Positions 44,996-55,500 of a stretch of 64,000 nucleotides of DNA are shown one piece after another. The stretch spans positions 1-64,000 of IMG/VR virus record IMGVR_UViG_3300033149_001657. One strand, written 5' to 3'. This DNA comes from a virus. Taxonomy: Duplodnaviria > Heunggongvirae > Uroviricota > Caudoviricetes. A program made the position numbers and the translations under genes. How positions within the stretch are numbered: position 1 is the first letter of the stretch; every line of letters starts with the position of its first letter. The notes beneath the pieces are model-generated. The model made no database searches. It saw nothing but the letters and a program-made list of their open reading frames with translations, and was not told the origin of the DNA.

Positions 44996-46399
44996 CTAGA
45001 ATAGGACAAGTGGTTTTCTCCTTGTTCTAGCTACCTTGTAATAGATATCAGCAGTTTGTCTGTTCTCTTCTATATCCCTAAGAGAAAGCATCAATGCAGT
45101 TACTCTATCATCTCCCTTTCTCTTATCCCATGTATAGAGTCTAAGCTCATTTAATAGTGGTTGAAATTCCTCTGGTACTAAGACTTTCTCTTTTTCAAAC
45201 AAAGTCTTCATTCTAACCTGTAGTGTTCCAAGTTCCTTAGCTAGATCAACAGCTTCAGTCATTATTCCTCTCATCCGTAGTCTATCCACTGTTCTCTGAG
45301 ATTCTCCTTTAGGATTCAAATCCACAAATACATAGTCTGGTCTATATCTCAAGGCATAAGCTTCTATCCAATCCTGTATGTTCTCATATTTGATTCTATT
45401 CCATTCAACTACATCAATGATTCTATACATATCGTCGACCTTGTTAGCAACTACAATAACAGACAGATCTCTATATCCGTAGTCTATACCAAATATGATC
45501 TTACCATTTTTCATCTCAGAATCATATCTAAACTTATGTATTCCAATAGAACACTTTCTAATGTCATCTATTGGAACCACAGTATTGGTAACTGGGTATG
45601 GAATACCCTCCCAGAACACTCTGAACTGTTCCTCAGTAAGATTTCTCTTAGCCTCTTCTATCTCCTCTTCTGTAAATCTAGGACAGTCCATAGCTGACCA
45701 TGAGAATCTAGCCCATGTAGTAGGTTTCCTCTGATCTTCAGATAGATCAAAATAATCTGGATATGTCTTCTTGTCCATCCACATCTCAACAAACTTTGAC
45801 GTGTATTCCATTGGAGTACCACTGAGAATGATTAAAGAATCATCGAATCCACCAACAATACGATAAGTATCGTTTATAGTGAAGTCATCTACTAATGCAG
45901 CTTCATCTATTATAACAGCTGGCACATGTTTACCCTGAATAGATTTGAGTGACAGAGGAAGAGCTCTAACTACGGACTTGGTCTTAAATCTTGTAATAGT
46001 CTTTAGAACGTCACCATCTATCACTTCACCAAATATCTCATTCTCTTTGAGAGGAACAGCTGAATACTCATATAGTGATCTAGACTGCTCAGCTGATCCA
46101 GACACTATAACTACATCAAATTTCTTCCTATGATAGTAACTATAAACCAAAGCTAACCACAAAGCTATGCATGCCAGTAGTTTACTCTTTCCAGTGCCTC
46201 CTGCCGAAACTATCATGATTCTTCTTAGTTTTAATTCTGGAAGATATGACATCACTCTAGCTTGATATGGAAATGGCTCTTGATGATATAAGTCTCTGAA
46301 AAAAGAAGAGGGATCTTTGTACCACTGAACTATCTTTAGTTGTATTGGTATTGTCATAAGTCTATCCTTCTGAGAATACTTCTTCCCATCTCTCCACAA
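44996..46399 (-). CDS. terL: terminase large subunit (TTG start, overlaps small subunit)
   Basis: Walker A SAGGTGKSK; Walker B AVIIDEAALV; C-terminal nuclease-like acidic motifs (IDYGYRD, D..D). Confidence 0.8.
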   Translation of the reverse strand: MWRDGKKYSQKDRLMTIPIQLKIVQWYKDPSSFFRDLYHQEPFPYQARVMSYLPELKLRRIMIVSAGGTGKSKLLACIALWLALVYSYYHRKKFDVVIVSGSAEQSRSLYEYSAVPLKENEIFGEVIDGDVLKTITRFKTKSVVRALPLSLKSIQGKHVPAVIIDEAALVDDFTINDTYRIVGGFDDSLIILSGTPMEYTSKFVEMWMDKKTYPDYFDLSEDQRKPTTWARFSWSAMDCPRFTEEEIEEAKRNLTEEQFRVFWEGIPYPVTNTVVPIDDIRKCSIGIHKFRYDSEMKNGKIIFGIDYGYRDLSVIVVANKVDDMYRIIDVVEWNRIKYENIQDWIEAYALRYRPDYVFVDLNPKGESQRTVDRLRMRGIMTEAVDLAKELGTLQVRMKTLFEKEKVLVPEEFQPLLNELRLYTWDKRKGDDRVTALMLSLRDIEENRQTADIYYKVARTRRKPLVLF

Positions 46400-46889
46400 A
46401 CTTATTGATTAGATCTGGAGGAAAGTCTCTTATGCATAGCATTATCTTTTCGTATATCTCAGATTGTGTAACAGAATCAGTTTTAAACTTATCCTCAAAT
46501 CTGAACATTAGTTCCACTAGCTCTCTGGTAGATCTCATTATTTCTCTAGCTTCTTTTCTAGCATTTGGATCATTCATACGATCAACTACGTGTCTCAACT
46601 GTTGTTCTAGTATCTCCATTTGCTCTCTTATAGACTTAGCAGCTTTTACTATAGCATTTATCTGTTCTTTAATATATCTAAGCCTGAATCTATCAGCTTG
46701 GAGAGAAGCTTTGTAATATTCCTCAACATGTTTAGTAAAGTGTCTACTAAGTGATGAGATAGCTATGTCTTCTCCATATTTGTTCTTGATAATCTGTTTA
46801 ATATCTATGTACCTTAACTTCTTCTTTAGTCTAAGTTCCTCTATCTCAACTCTGTGAGGAGAAACACATACTTTGCATTGGCGTCCCAT
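46362..46889 (-). CDS. terminase small subunit-like HTH protein
   Basis: Directly upstream of and overlapping terL; N-terminal CxxC plus HTH, C-terminal coiled coil. Confidence 0.45.
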   Translation of the reverse strand: MGRQCKVCVSPHRVEIEELRLKKKLRYIDIKQIIKNKYGEDIAISSLSRHFTKHVEEYYKASLQADRFRLRYIKEQINAIVKAAKSIREQMEILEQQLRHVVDRMNDPNARKEAREIMRSTRELVELMFRFEDKFKTDSVTQSEIYEKIMLCIRDFPPDLINKFVERWEEVFSEG

Positions 46890-46901
46890 CCTAAATCACC
46901 T

Positions 46902-47639
46902 CTATTGAAATTCAAAATCCATTATAACACTTATAGCTTGATTCTCTCCAACTACCACTGTTGATCCAGTAAACTCATGGAACTTAATGTCTCCAGGAGA
47001 AGAAATGTATCCTTCAGTTATAGCACTGAAATTAGTGTAGGTTCCAGGAACTTCAATTCCAGTTCCTGTTTGCATTACACGTAAGGTAGTTTCATTTATT
47101 ATGGTATTAGCTGTCAACACCATAATAGTTGAAGACCCATCTACTGTAGCACCAATGTATGCAATATAAGTATCATAGTCGTCACCTATAGCTCCTAGTC
47201 TAGATGCACATATTACATTGCCATCTTCATTGAGACCTGAAAAAGCAAACTTGACTTCTAGTATAAGATCCTGATCCGAACCTAATACTATAGTGGCATT
47301 AATCGAATTGTGATATTCACTAGGAGAGTTAGAACTACCACACATTACAATCGAATATGATCCAGGAGTAGATATAGTAGTCGATGTAATCACCAGTGTG
47401 TTATTGTTTCTTGTAGGAGTCTCTATATCTATAGTGGTTAATGAACCATCTTTAATAACTCTCATTTCATCTATTGGATAGTATCCAGTAATTCCACCCA
47501 CTAGACCAGCTACTTGTTTCTTACCCCAAGTAGTTACTGTCTGAGATGGTTCAATTGTACATCCTATGGTACAGTCAAGCTTTCTATCAATTATGTAGTA
47601 TTCAAACATTTCATCTATTTTAATAGGTATATTTACCAT
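46902..47639 (-). CDS. Ser/Thr-rich beta-structured virion-associated-like protein (paralog of 47652-48107)
   Basis: Shared segment GKKQVAGLVGGITGYYPIDE vs GKEQIAKLLGGIGAYSINQ. Confidence 0.4.
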   Translation of the reverse strand: MVNIPIKIDEMFEYYIIDRKLDCTIGCTIEPSQTVTTWGKKQVAGLVGGITGYYPIDEMRVIKDGSLTTIDIETPTRNNNTLVITSTTISTPGSYSIVMCGSSNSPSEYHNSINATIVLGSDQDLILEVKFAFSGLNEDGNVICASRLGAIGDDYDTYIAYIGATVDGSSTIMVLTANTIINETTLRVMQTGTGIEVPGTYTNFSAITEGYISSPGDIKFHEFTGSTVVVGENQAISVIMDFEFQ

Positions 47640-47651
47640 ACTATATCACTC

Positions 47652-48107
47652 CTAAGTTACTTGGAAATCTACATCAGCCCACCATTGTTGACCAGATGAA
47701 ATAGTTATATCTATACTAATAGAATTGTGAACATTAACTGTGTCTCCAGAATTTCTACACTTAATCCAGGTGTATTGTCCAGCTGTGGTCCAAGGATTTA
47801 GAGAGTTACTTACTCTCAGAGTACCCGTAGCTATGTAAGATGTAGAAGCACTTTTCCATCCTCCAGTATCAGTACCTATCTGGTTAATTGAATAAGCACC
47901 TATCCCTCCAAGTAGTTTAGCTATCTGCTCTTTGCCCCAATCTGTTAATGAAGCATGACACTCCTTTCCAACTATTTTACAAAGAAACTGTTTCCATAAT
48001 GGAACTTTCACATCTATTCTTTCATCACGTACTATCCTTCCTGTCTCTTTGTCAACTACAACTATTCTAAGAGATTCCTTAATTTTAAGTGATTCTCTCA
48101 TATACAT
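47652..48107 (-). CDS. paralogous Ser/Thr-rich protein; start trimmed to internal Met
   Basis: The track ORF extends to 48224 through a hydrophobic junk N-terminus overlapping the plus-strand rSAM start. The internal ATG (MYMRESL, or MRESL at 48101) has a GGAGTG SD. Confidence 0.4.
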   Translation of the reverse strand: MYMRESLKIKESLRIVVVDKETGRIVRDERIDVKVPLWKQFLCKIVGKECHASLTDWGKEQIAKLLGGIGAYSINQIGTDTGGWKSASTSYIATGTLRVSNSLNPWTTAGQYTWIKCRNSGDTVNVHNSISIDITISSGQQWWADVDFQVT

Positions 48108-48207
48108 CACTCCAGTTATCTTAATAAATAATCCTCCATTCAGATAAATCTTTTTATAAGAAGAAATATAAACAATAACGAAAATAACAATACAAAGAGG
48201 TGATTGA

Positions 48208-49455
48208 ATGCCTATACTAATCAAAATGAATCTTGGATGTAATTTTGAGTGTGAGTATTGTTATCAGAAACCAATTAGAAAGCTAAAAGATAAAGAATGG
48301 AATCTTAAAAGAGTTAAAGAGACAATTAGAAATCTAATATTAACCATGCCAAGAGGATCTAATCAACAGATAGTTGTTCATGGAGGAGAACCATTAACTA
48401 TGCCAATAAATATACTTGAACAGTTACTAGCTCTTTCTTACGAGCTTACTGGTAAATCTAGTATACAAACAAATGGATATCTAATAACTGATAAACATAT
48501 TGAACTATTTAAGAAATACAAGACTAGCGTAGGAATATCAGTAGATGGTCCATTTCAATGTAATGTTTTACGTGGTAAAGGAAACTTGAAAGATAGAAAG
48601 AAACAAACAGAGAGAGTACTTAAGAACTTAAACAATCTTGTAGAAGCTGGTGTTTCTACTTCAGTAATAACAGTAGTACATAAGAAAAATGCAATTGGAA
48701 TAAATAGAGACTTATTAAAGAGTTTTATTTTGGATCTTCATAAGAAAGGTATCCATGGAAGACTGAATCCATGTGGAACAGATGATCCAGAGATCTCTCT
48801 TACTATTGAAGAAGCTATAGATTTCTATACTGACATGTACAAGTTTATGGAAGAGAATGGAATCTATGGATGGTCACCATTCATCGATATATTAAATTCA
48901 CTACAGAGAAAATCATGTGTATGTACATTTAGTGGTTGTGATCCATACTGTACGCCATCAGCTATTTCAGTACTCCATGATGGATCTCTTGGAGTATGCC
49001 TTAGATTATACAATGATGGTAAAGTCTATCTAAGAGATACTACACCTACTTCAATGAGAACACAACTCCTTAAAGAGACAGAATGTAAAGGTTGTAAATG
49101 GTTTGATTATTGTAAGGGAGGATGTAGTGGACTTAGTATAAATTCAGATTGGAGACACAAGGATAGATTCTGTGAAGTATACAAAGCTCTATTTGAATTA
49201 GCACATAACACTCTAAAGTTTGTTGGAATACACCCCCCATCCGTATCACAAATCTCAAGATCAAGATACGAACATTTAGATCATGGTATTAGACACCTTG
49301 ACAGTGATATTGAAAACGATCATACGGATGGAATCAAGCACTCAGACACTGGAACCACTCACCTAGATAGTAACTTCTACTCAAAGTCTGATCATTCGGA
49401 TGGAGAAAGACATGTAGATGGACCAATAGAACATTTAGATAGTAATTGGAGGTGA
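48208..49455 (+). CDS. radical SAM / SPASM-domain enzyme with C-terminal His/Asp-repeat tail
   Basis: Motifs CNFECEYCY; GGEPL; SPASM-like CKGCKWFDYCKGGCSG; roughly 60-aa tail with repeats HLDxG/HLDSN/HSDG/HTDG. Confidence 0.7.
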   Translation: MPILIKMNLGCNFECEYCYQKPIRKLKDKEWNLKRVKETIRNLILTMPRGSNQQIVVHGGEPLTMPINILEQLLALSYELTGKSSIQTNGYLITDKHIELFKKYKTSVGISVDGPFQCNVLRGKGNLKDRKKQTERVLKNLNNLVEAGVSTSVITVVHKKNAIGINRDLLKSFILDLHKKGIHGRLNPCGTDDPEISLTIEEAIDFYTDMYKFMEENGIYGWSPFIDILNSLQRKSCVCTFSGCDPYCTPSAISVLHDGSLGVCLRLYNDGKVYLRDTTPTSMRTQLLKETECKGCKWFDYCKGGCSGLSINSDWRHKDRFCEVYKALFELAHNTLKFVGIHPPSVSQISRSRYEHLDHGIRHLDSDIENDHTDGIKHSDTGTTHLDSNFYSKSDHSDGERHVDGPIEHLDSNWR

Positions 49456-49460
49456 AATAA

Positions 49461-50234
49461 ATGGAGCCTTTTACTAGAATATTATGGTTTGATCAGAAGA
49501 CAAAGCAGATATGGAAAAGACAAATTGAACAAGCTAGAAGACTCTATGAAGCTGTAGAGTTTGCTACTTTTGAAGCTGGTATGAGAGATGTCTATGTTAT
49601 GCACATATATCCAGAGAAGATATCTCAGCAACTAGAAATGATAGCTAAAGGTAAGTATGTTTTTCTTCCTATTCTGAAGAGTAAACGCTATTCTGGATTC
49701 TCTCACAGACATATACCACCAAAACCTGGTGATCCATATTTCATTTACGGAGTAGTAGCCAGAAATCTGGAGGATGCTGAGAGGTTCAAGGAATGTTCCA
49801 TTGGAAACAAGGTAGATCATGTAGAGATTGGAAGATTACTTGGATATCCTGAATGTTGTACAGAATTCTTTGATAAAGTCTGGAATAAGAAAAGCATAGA
49901 TCCAATCTATGAAGCTTATGGTTCAGAGACTTCTATTCATCCATTCTGCAATCAAGCTTTAAGATACTTTGGCATTAGACTAACACCTCATCTTGTTTGC
50001 TCTCCAACATGCAAGAGAACTATTGAAATGGGTAAGAAGTGGTTCAAAGTAGCTGAATCAATAGACTATGGATCTGCTCATACTCTTTTGAAGTTACTAT
50101 CCATGCCGTTTAAATGGTCATGTCTAAATGGATGTGCAATTATAGACACTGAACTATTTAGAGGTGTAACTAATTCGGATAAATGTTCAGAGGAAAAGGT
50201 TGTGATAAATCATGGATGGAACAAAGAACTTTAG
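49461..50234 (+). CDS. Cys-rich protein (GYPECC motif), probable partner of the rSAM enzyme
   Basis: SD GGAGGTGA then ATG; motifs LLGYPECCTEFF, CSPTCKR, CLNGC. Confidence 0.45.
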   Translation: MEPFTRILWFDQKTKQIWKRQIEQARRLYEAVEFATFEAGMRDVYVMHIYPEKISQQLEMIAKGKYVFLPILKSKRYSGFSHRHIPPKPGDPYFIYGVVARNLEDAERFKECSIGNKVDHVEIGRLLGYPECCTEFFDKVWNKKSIDPIYEAYGSETSIHPFCNQALRYFGIRLTPHLVCSPTCKRTIEMGKKWFKVAESIDYGSAHTLLKLLSMPFKWSCLNGCAIIDTELFRGVTNSDKCSEEKVVINHGWNKEL

Positions 50235-50874
50235 ATATTGTGTAGCAACTCTTGTTGGGAGACACAAGATCTATAGTACGAAAGATTTTATAGAACATTT
50301 AGAAAGAGTTACTGTACAGCCAGAGGTTATCGTTGTTTCATCCATACCAGAGATACATGAGATATTCTTCAGATATCAAAAGAATATACCAGTAGTTGGA
50401 ATAACTGGAGATCATGATGAAGGAAGAAATAGAATAGTAGACACTACTTCTGCTAGGGAATCTCTTAGACAATATATTATAAAGAATAACTATGAATGGT
50501 CACTATGGTTGGATAATGACATACTAGTACCATCCAATATAACTGAAAAATTCTTATCGTATCTAAGAAATAATCCTGAAGTTAAAATGGTTCATTCATA
50601 TCATCCAGCTAGACAGTATGGAGAGGAACTTAGACATGGAATCGGTAGTTCTTTTATTCACAAAGATCTTCTAGAAGCTTATCCATTTACTTATGCAGAA
50701 ATTAAAGGTCATTATTTAGGCGATGACCAGATTTGGTTACTAGTGATTAACCAATTAACTAGTATATATTATCCAAGATCCATCATAAGAGGAACACTAT
50801 TTGATCTTAAACATAAACGTGAAGATGGTACAGTAGCTTCCTTATCTGACAAATATAGAGATCAATTACTTTAG
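50212..50874 (+). CDS. DxD-motif nucleotide-sugar-transferase-like protein (GT-A-like, tentative), paralog 1
   Basis: Motif NYEWSLWLDNDILVP; paralogous to the next gene. Confidence 0.35.
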   Translation: MDGTKNFRYCVATLVGRHKIYSTKDFIEHLERVTVQPEVIVVSSIPEIHEIFFRYQKNIPVVGITGDHDEGRNRIVDTTSARESLRQYIIKNNYEWSLWLDNDILVPSNITEKFLSYLRNNPEVKMVHSYHPARQYGEELRHGIGSSFIHKDLLEAYPFTYAEIKGHYLGDDQIWLLVINQLTSIYYPRSIIRGTLFDLKHKREDGTVASLSDKYRDQLL

Positions 50875-50883
50875 TGACTAGAA

Positions 50884-51504
50884 ATGGAACCTTATATAGT
50901 TCTTACTCCATTTGGAGACCACAAACATTATGCTCTTAAAGAGTTTATTAGATCATTGAATAAACTTAGACCTCAACCAGAAATGAAGATTATATGTGCA
51001 GACTTGGACACAAAATACAAAGATGAATTAGAAAGTTACGATCTAGTAGTATATTACAGTCCAGAGATCTTCTCCCCTCCATCTTACCTGGAACGAATAT
51101 GTATGTCAAGAGAAATCCTAAGAAAGAAGTTCATTTATTCCAACTATGAATGGTCATTATGGATAGATTCTGATATTATAGTACCTCCAGATACTCCAAG
51201 AATTCTATATAAAATAGCTAAAGATAGTAACTGTCTGGTAGTCTCAAATGGATATCCAGGAAGCTACGGTCATGAACATGAGATCTGGCATGGATCTGGT
51301 GTTATGTTAACTAACAAGCTAGCTTGTACTGGTTCTAGATTTTGGGTAGCAGATTTCAATGGCAAGCACTTAAGTGAAGACTTTGTATTTCTAAGTATTT
51401 TAGATCAAGGTAGTTATTTTATAGAACAATATACTGGAAGAAAAGCCAGAATAGTGGGAGAATTCGTGAAAGTCAAACATCTAAGCCATAAACATAGTCA
51501 CTAA
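50884..51504 (+). CDS. DxD-motif transferase-like protein, paralog 2
   Basis: Motif NYEWSLWIDSDIIVPP; convergent overlap with the repeat-protein stop. Confidence 0.35.
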   Translation: MEPYIVLTPFGDHKHYALKEFIRSLNKLRPQPEMKIICADLDTKYKDELESYDLVVYYSPEIFSPPSYLERICMSREILRKKFIYSNYEWSLWIDSDIIVPPDTPRILYKIAKDSNCLVVSNGYPGSYGHEHEIWHGSGVMLTNKLACTGSRFWVADFNGKHLSEDFVFLSILDQGSYFIEQYTGRKARIVGEFVKVKHLSHKHSH

Positions 51505-52544
51505 GCTGTGTGTATATCACTCCAATCCTGATGAGGGTTAGCTCCATCTTGATGATCAGTCCAATCCTGATAGCTATCTGTCCAGTCTAGATGTGGTACT
51601 CCGTCATCACTATATACTACATTACTCCAATCTTCATGAGGAACACTATCTGTCCAGTCTTGATGTGGAGCTCCTCCACCACCTGCATCATTATGATCAG
51701 TCCAGTCCAGATGAGGAGGACCTGAATCTGAGTATGTTGCATCCGACCAGTCGCTATGAGCTACAGAATCTGTCCAGTCTGAATGTATACCATCTGTCCA
51801 GTCCTGATAGTCAGAGTGATATGGTGGTACATCTGAATAATCAAACCAATCAGTGTGGATACCATCAGACCAGTCATTATGACTATCAGTATGTGGTACA
51901 TTTGAATGACTGGTATCCGACCAATCAGTGTGTGGTCCAGAATCCGTATAGTCAGACCAGTCACTATGCACGTCAGACCAATCACTATGACTGTCAGTAT
52001 GAGGAGTATCTGAATGAGAACTATCCGACCAGTCTGTATGTGGTCCAGAATCAGAGTGTCCAGTATCCATATGATCACTCCAGTCCTGATACGTATCAGT
52101 CCAGTCACTGTAGAATGTCCAGTTCAAACCATCTGTTGTCTGCACAGACTCAGGTGCCAGAAACATCATCTTTACTTCATCTGTTGTGTGGAATGCCTCA
52201 AGTATTGAAGACTTCGATTTGAAGCTACCTACTGTCTGGATAGACTCATCTTTGAATAATGAAGTTAACAACCTATCATCTAAAGATACATCATGCTCTG
52301 TCAGGAATTTGTCTCCCCATGCAACAGCCCATATACTCCCATTATGGTATACTCTTACTGGACTAGCTAGTGGTGAAATAGTAGATACAAGTCTGAGACT
52401 GATGGTCTCTCCTCCAGTAAAGATTTTGACAAATGTACCTTCGGTAATGTCTTTCTCCCATGATAGAACTTTCCATCTAAGAACACGAGACTTTCCTTTG
52501 TATCCCACTCTTACCTTAGACCAATCAGTGCTCATCTTCATCAC
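51501..52544 (-). CDS. DW[ST]D / PH-repeat protein (347 aa) with globular N-terminal domain
   Basis: About 18 repeats of DWSD/DWTD separated by ..PH[TSLQ]. Overlapping shadow ORFs in other frames are side effects of the DNA repeats. Confidence 0.5.
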   Translation of the reverse strand: MMKMSTDWSKVRVGYKGKSRVLRWKVLSWEKDITEGTFVKIFTGGETISLRLVSTISPLASPVRVYHNGSIWAVAWGDKFLTEHDVSLDDRLLTSLFKDESIQTVGSFKSKSSILEAFHTTDEVKMMFLAPESVQTTDGLNWTFYSDWTDTYQDWSDHMDTGHSDSGPHTDWSDSSHSDTPHTDSHSDWSDVHSDWSDYTDSGPHTDWSDTSHSNVPHTDSHNDWSDGIHTDWFDYSDVPPYHSDYQDWTDGIHSDWTDSVAHSDWSDATYSDSGPPHLDWTDHNDAGGGGAPHQDWTDSVPHEDWSNVVYSDDGVPHLDWTDSYQDWTDHQDGANPHQDWSDIHTA

Positions 52545-55500
52545 TAAAGATCAGTTCTAATCCATATTTGCCCTTCAGCTGGTGACGATGGATCTGATGT
52601 TCGATTCTCCAGTCTCAGACCTATTGCCTGACCAGCTAGAAAGAGATCCTTCCATCTGTAAGTTGAGGTTCCCAAGTCGTAAGTATTGTCTGTAGATGGC
52701 AGTAACGACACATTAAGATTTAGATTCGTAGTTGTTAGTCTTAACAACTCTGAGAGAGAAGTATTCAATATTCTGAACTTATCCGATACAACTATGCTCC
52801 TTGAATATCTTGATTTACCAGCCAGGTATAGAGCCCTTATTTCCTCTTCAGTTAAGGCTCGGTTGTAAATGCGAATATCGTCAGCAACTCCATCTAATCG
52901 CCATCCTACACAGTTACCAACAACTAATTTAAGGTTGTTATCAATACTACCAGTTACGGATGAAATATCTAAATATCCAGACTGCTGAACACCATCGATA
53001 AATGCATAACATTGGCCCAAAGCTCTGTTAAATACCACTGCAATATGAACCCATTTATTACGCCAATCAAGCGGTCGAGAACCTACATCACAAGGTACAA
53101 CATCAAAAACAGTATTCCCTTCGACGTCTCTAATTGCACATTTAATACCGTTTGATACATACCCATGCCCTATTTGAAATCCAGGATGTGGGTTTACTCC
53201 ACCATGAGCGTTTCCATGCCAGATACAACATGTCGTTTTTGGGTAGGTATAATCTCGGTGATAGAACCATCCAATCACAGTAAAACTGTTGGTTCCAAAA
53301 TCTAAACTTGAAGATGGACTACATTCTAGCTGGTCATTCTTACCGTCGAAACTTAAAGCTTTACCAAACTTCCCATCACACCAGTTGTCGCTGTAAACCG
53401 TAGTACCTTCCCCTTCATCGAAGCGTAGGCAAAGAACACGACCTCCGCCGACATCTTCGCCTTGATAAAGTTGCTGGATTTCCTCTTCGTTTAAGACTCT
53501 GTTGTATATGCGAACCTCATCAATAAGGCCATCCCAAGAGTCCATTGTCCTGTACCTTCCTACTTTGAGTGTGTTATCAGGTGAAATCCTTGGGTTGATA
53601 GTTCGTGGTGTGGAATCTCCCAAACTTCCATCCACATAGAGTAGTATCTGGTCAGATGTCACCACAAAGACAACATGATGCCATTCGCCGTCCGAAGTTC
53701 CGCTTACAGTAACATATTTACTAGCTGATCCGTCTGCTATTCGTCCACGAATTGCATTAGAATTCGGTAGGTATATCATGTAGCTTATATTATTGTCAAC
53801 GGTTTCGTCATCGTAACTGACCAACCCTCTATAACCGCTTACGACTGTAGTCTTAAACCATGCACTAATGGTGAATTCGGCTGACAGGTCTAATGAATCA
53901 TCATGAGGTACTTTGACATAGTCACTTACGTCGAAGCTCAACGCCTTCCCATATTTCCCATCGACCCAAGAAGCCCCGTAAACTGTTCCCGAAAGAGTAC
54001 CATAAACAGTTCCATCATTCCCATAAGGAGATTCGTCATAGACCGAAGTTCCAGTTCCTTCTTCAAATGGTAAGTAAAGCACAAGTCCATAGTCACTTGA
54101 ATAAGCATCGATGTATGGATTGTCCAGAATACCACTTATGAAGGCATCTCCACCAATATAGATATCTCTAGAGAGTCTTAAGTCTTGCCATCTATAGCTT
54201 GCTGAGCCGAGGTCTCTAGAAGCATCAACATCAGGAATTAAATCTTGGGCAAAAGAAGCAATGTTTTTTAGAATTTTTGAAGCATCTATAACTTCGGTTC
54301 CGCCTATCTTGAGGGAGCCTAAATCTCCAATACCCGCTAAGTAAAGGTCTTTCCACTTATAGCTTGATGATCCGAGGTCGTAGGCATTATCTCTCGAAGG
54401 AATAAGAGAGTAGGATGGAATAGGAATCATTACAAGCCAGTCTATGTAGACTCTTCCTGGAATATATTCGGGGTCGTCTCCTCCATGAAACCCATCGTCG
54501 TTGTTAGTTGCATTACTCCCAAAGTGGAACCGAACATCATCTTCTGGGTCCCAATCTGCATTTACTATTCCAGCATCAATTATTTGATAGCTTGTAGTTA
54601 ATTTATTTAAGATATCTACAGAGAATTCGGTTGTAGCATCTGTCCAATTATAGATAAGGATCCTTGCATCTCCAAGGCTTCCAGACATTTTAGCTCTGAG
54701 AAGAAGCATATATTTTCTGCCTGTCATGAAGCCTTCCATATTTCTAATAGAAAGAGAACCAGTCCACCCCTCCCAGTAGGTAAATGCTCGACCAAAGTTA
54801 GCTTCTACATCATCTACATACTCGCTTCCTGAATCTAAGCTAGCATTCCACAAGTCATTTTTACCAGCAACACATGAAAGCATATCATGAATGAATCCGA
54901 ACCCTACAACGTGATCTAAGAAAGCCCTTCCACCTACATATAGATCTTTCCACCGATAGCTTGATGAACCTAGATCTCTTGAATTATCTGCATCAGGGAG
55001 CAGGGTCTGAGCTACTGAGACAATATTCTGCAAGATTCTTCCGCTTGTAAGAACTTCGGTTCCAGCGACTTTGAGAGAGCCGAGATCGATTGCTCCAGCA
55101 AAATAGCCATCCTTCCACTTATAACTTGAACTACCGATATTATAAGCATTATTTGCTCCAGGTAATATCTGACCAGTATCCCCTCTTAACACTATTGTTT
55201 TAGTCCCGTCTGAGTTTCTTACATCAAGGTAATGTCCGTCAGGACTTCCCCAAACCTCAACTCTCTGAGCAATTCTTAGAACCAAATCCGCCCAGATGGC
55301 AGGATAGTTGCCAGCTCTTCCCTCTTCATCTATCGTTTCGAATTTTCCTATTTTAATCGGATGAGCTCCACAATAGAATTGTGATGGTTCACCAGTAGTC
55401 ACTATAGTTAATATGTTCTTCAATCTTCTAGTAGAGTCAATAACTTCGGTTCCACCTATTCTTAGAGATCCTATGTCAGCGTATCCGCTGAGAAAGGCGT

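Noticed and set aside
47652-48224. Full-length track ORF (190 aa) for the Ser/Thr-rich paralog.
   Set aside because: The first roughly 40 residues are a hydrophobic read-through of the intergenic and rSAM-start region. An internal ATG with an SD at 48101-48107 is the more plausible start.
51593-52222. Long ORFs in alternative frames and strands across the DWxD repeat region (51593-52222 plus strand, 51761-52108 minus strand).
   Set aside because: Side effect of low-complexity DNA repeats lacking stops. Only the 51501-52544 frame connects to a non-repetitive N-terminal domain and tight gene junctions.
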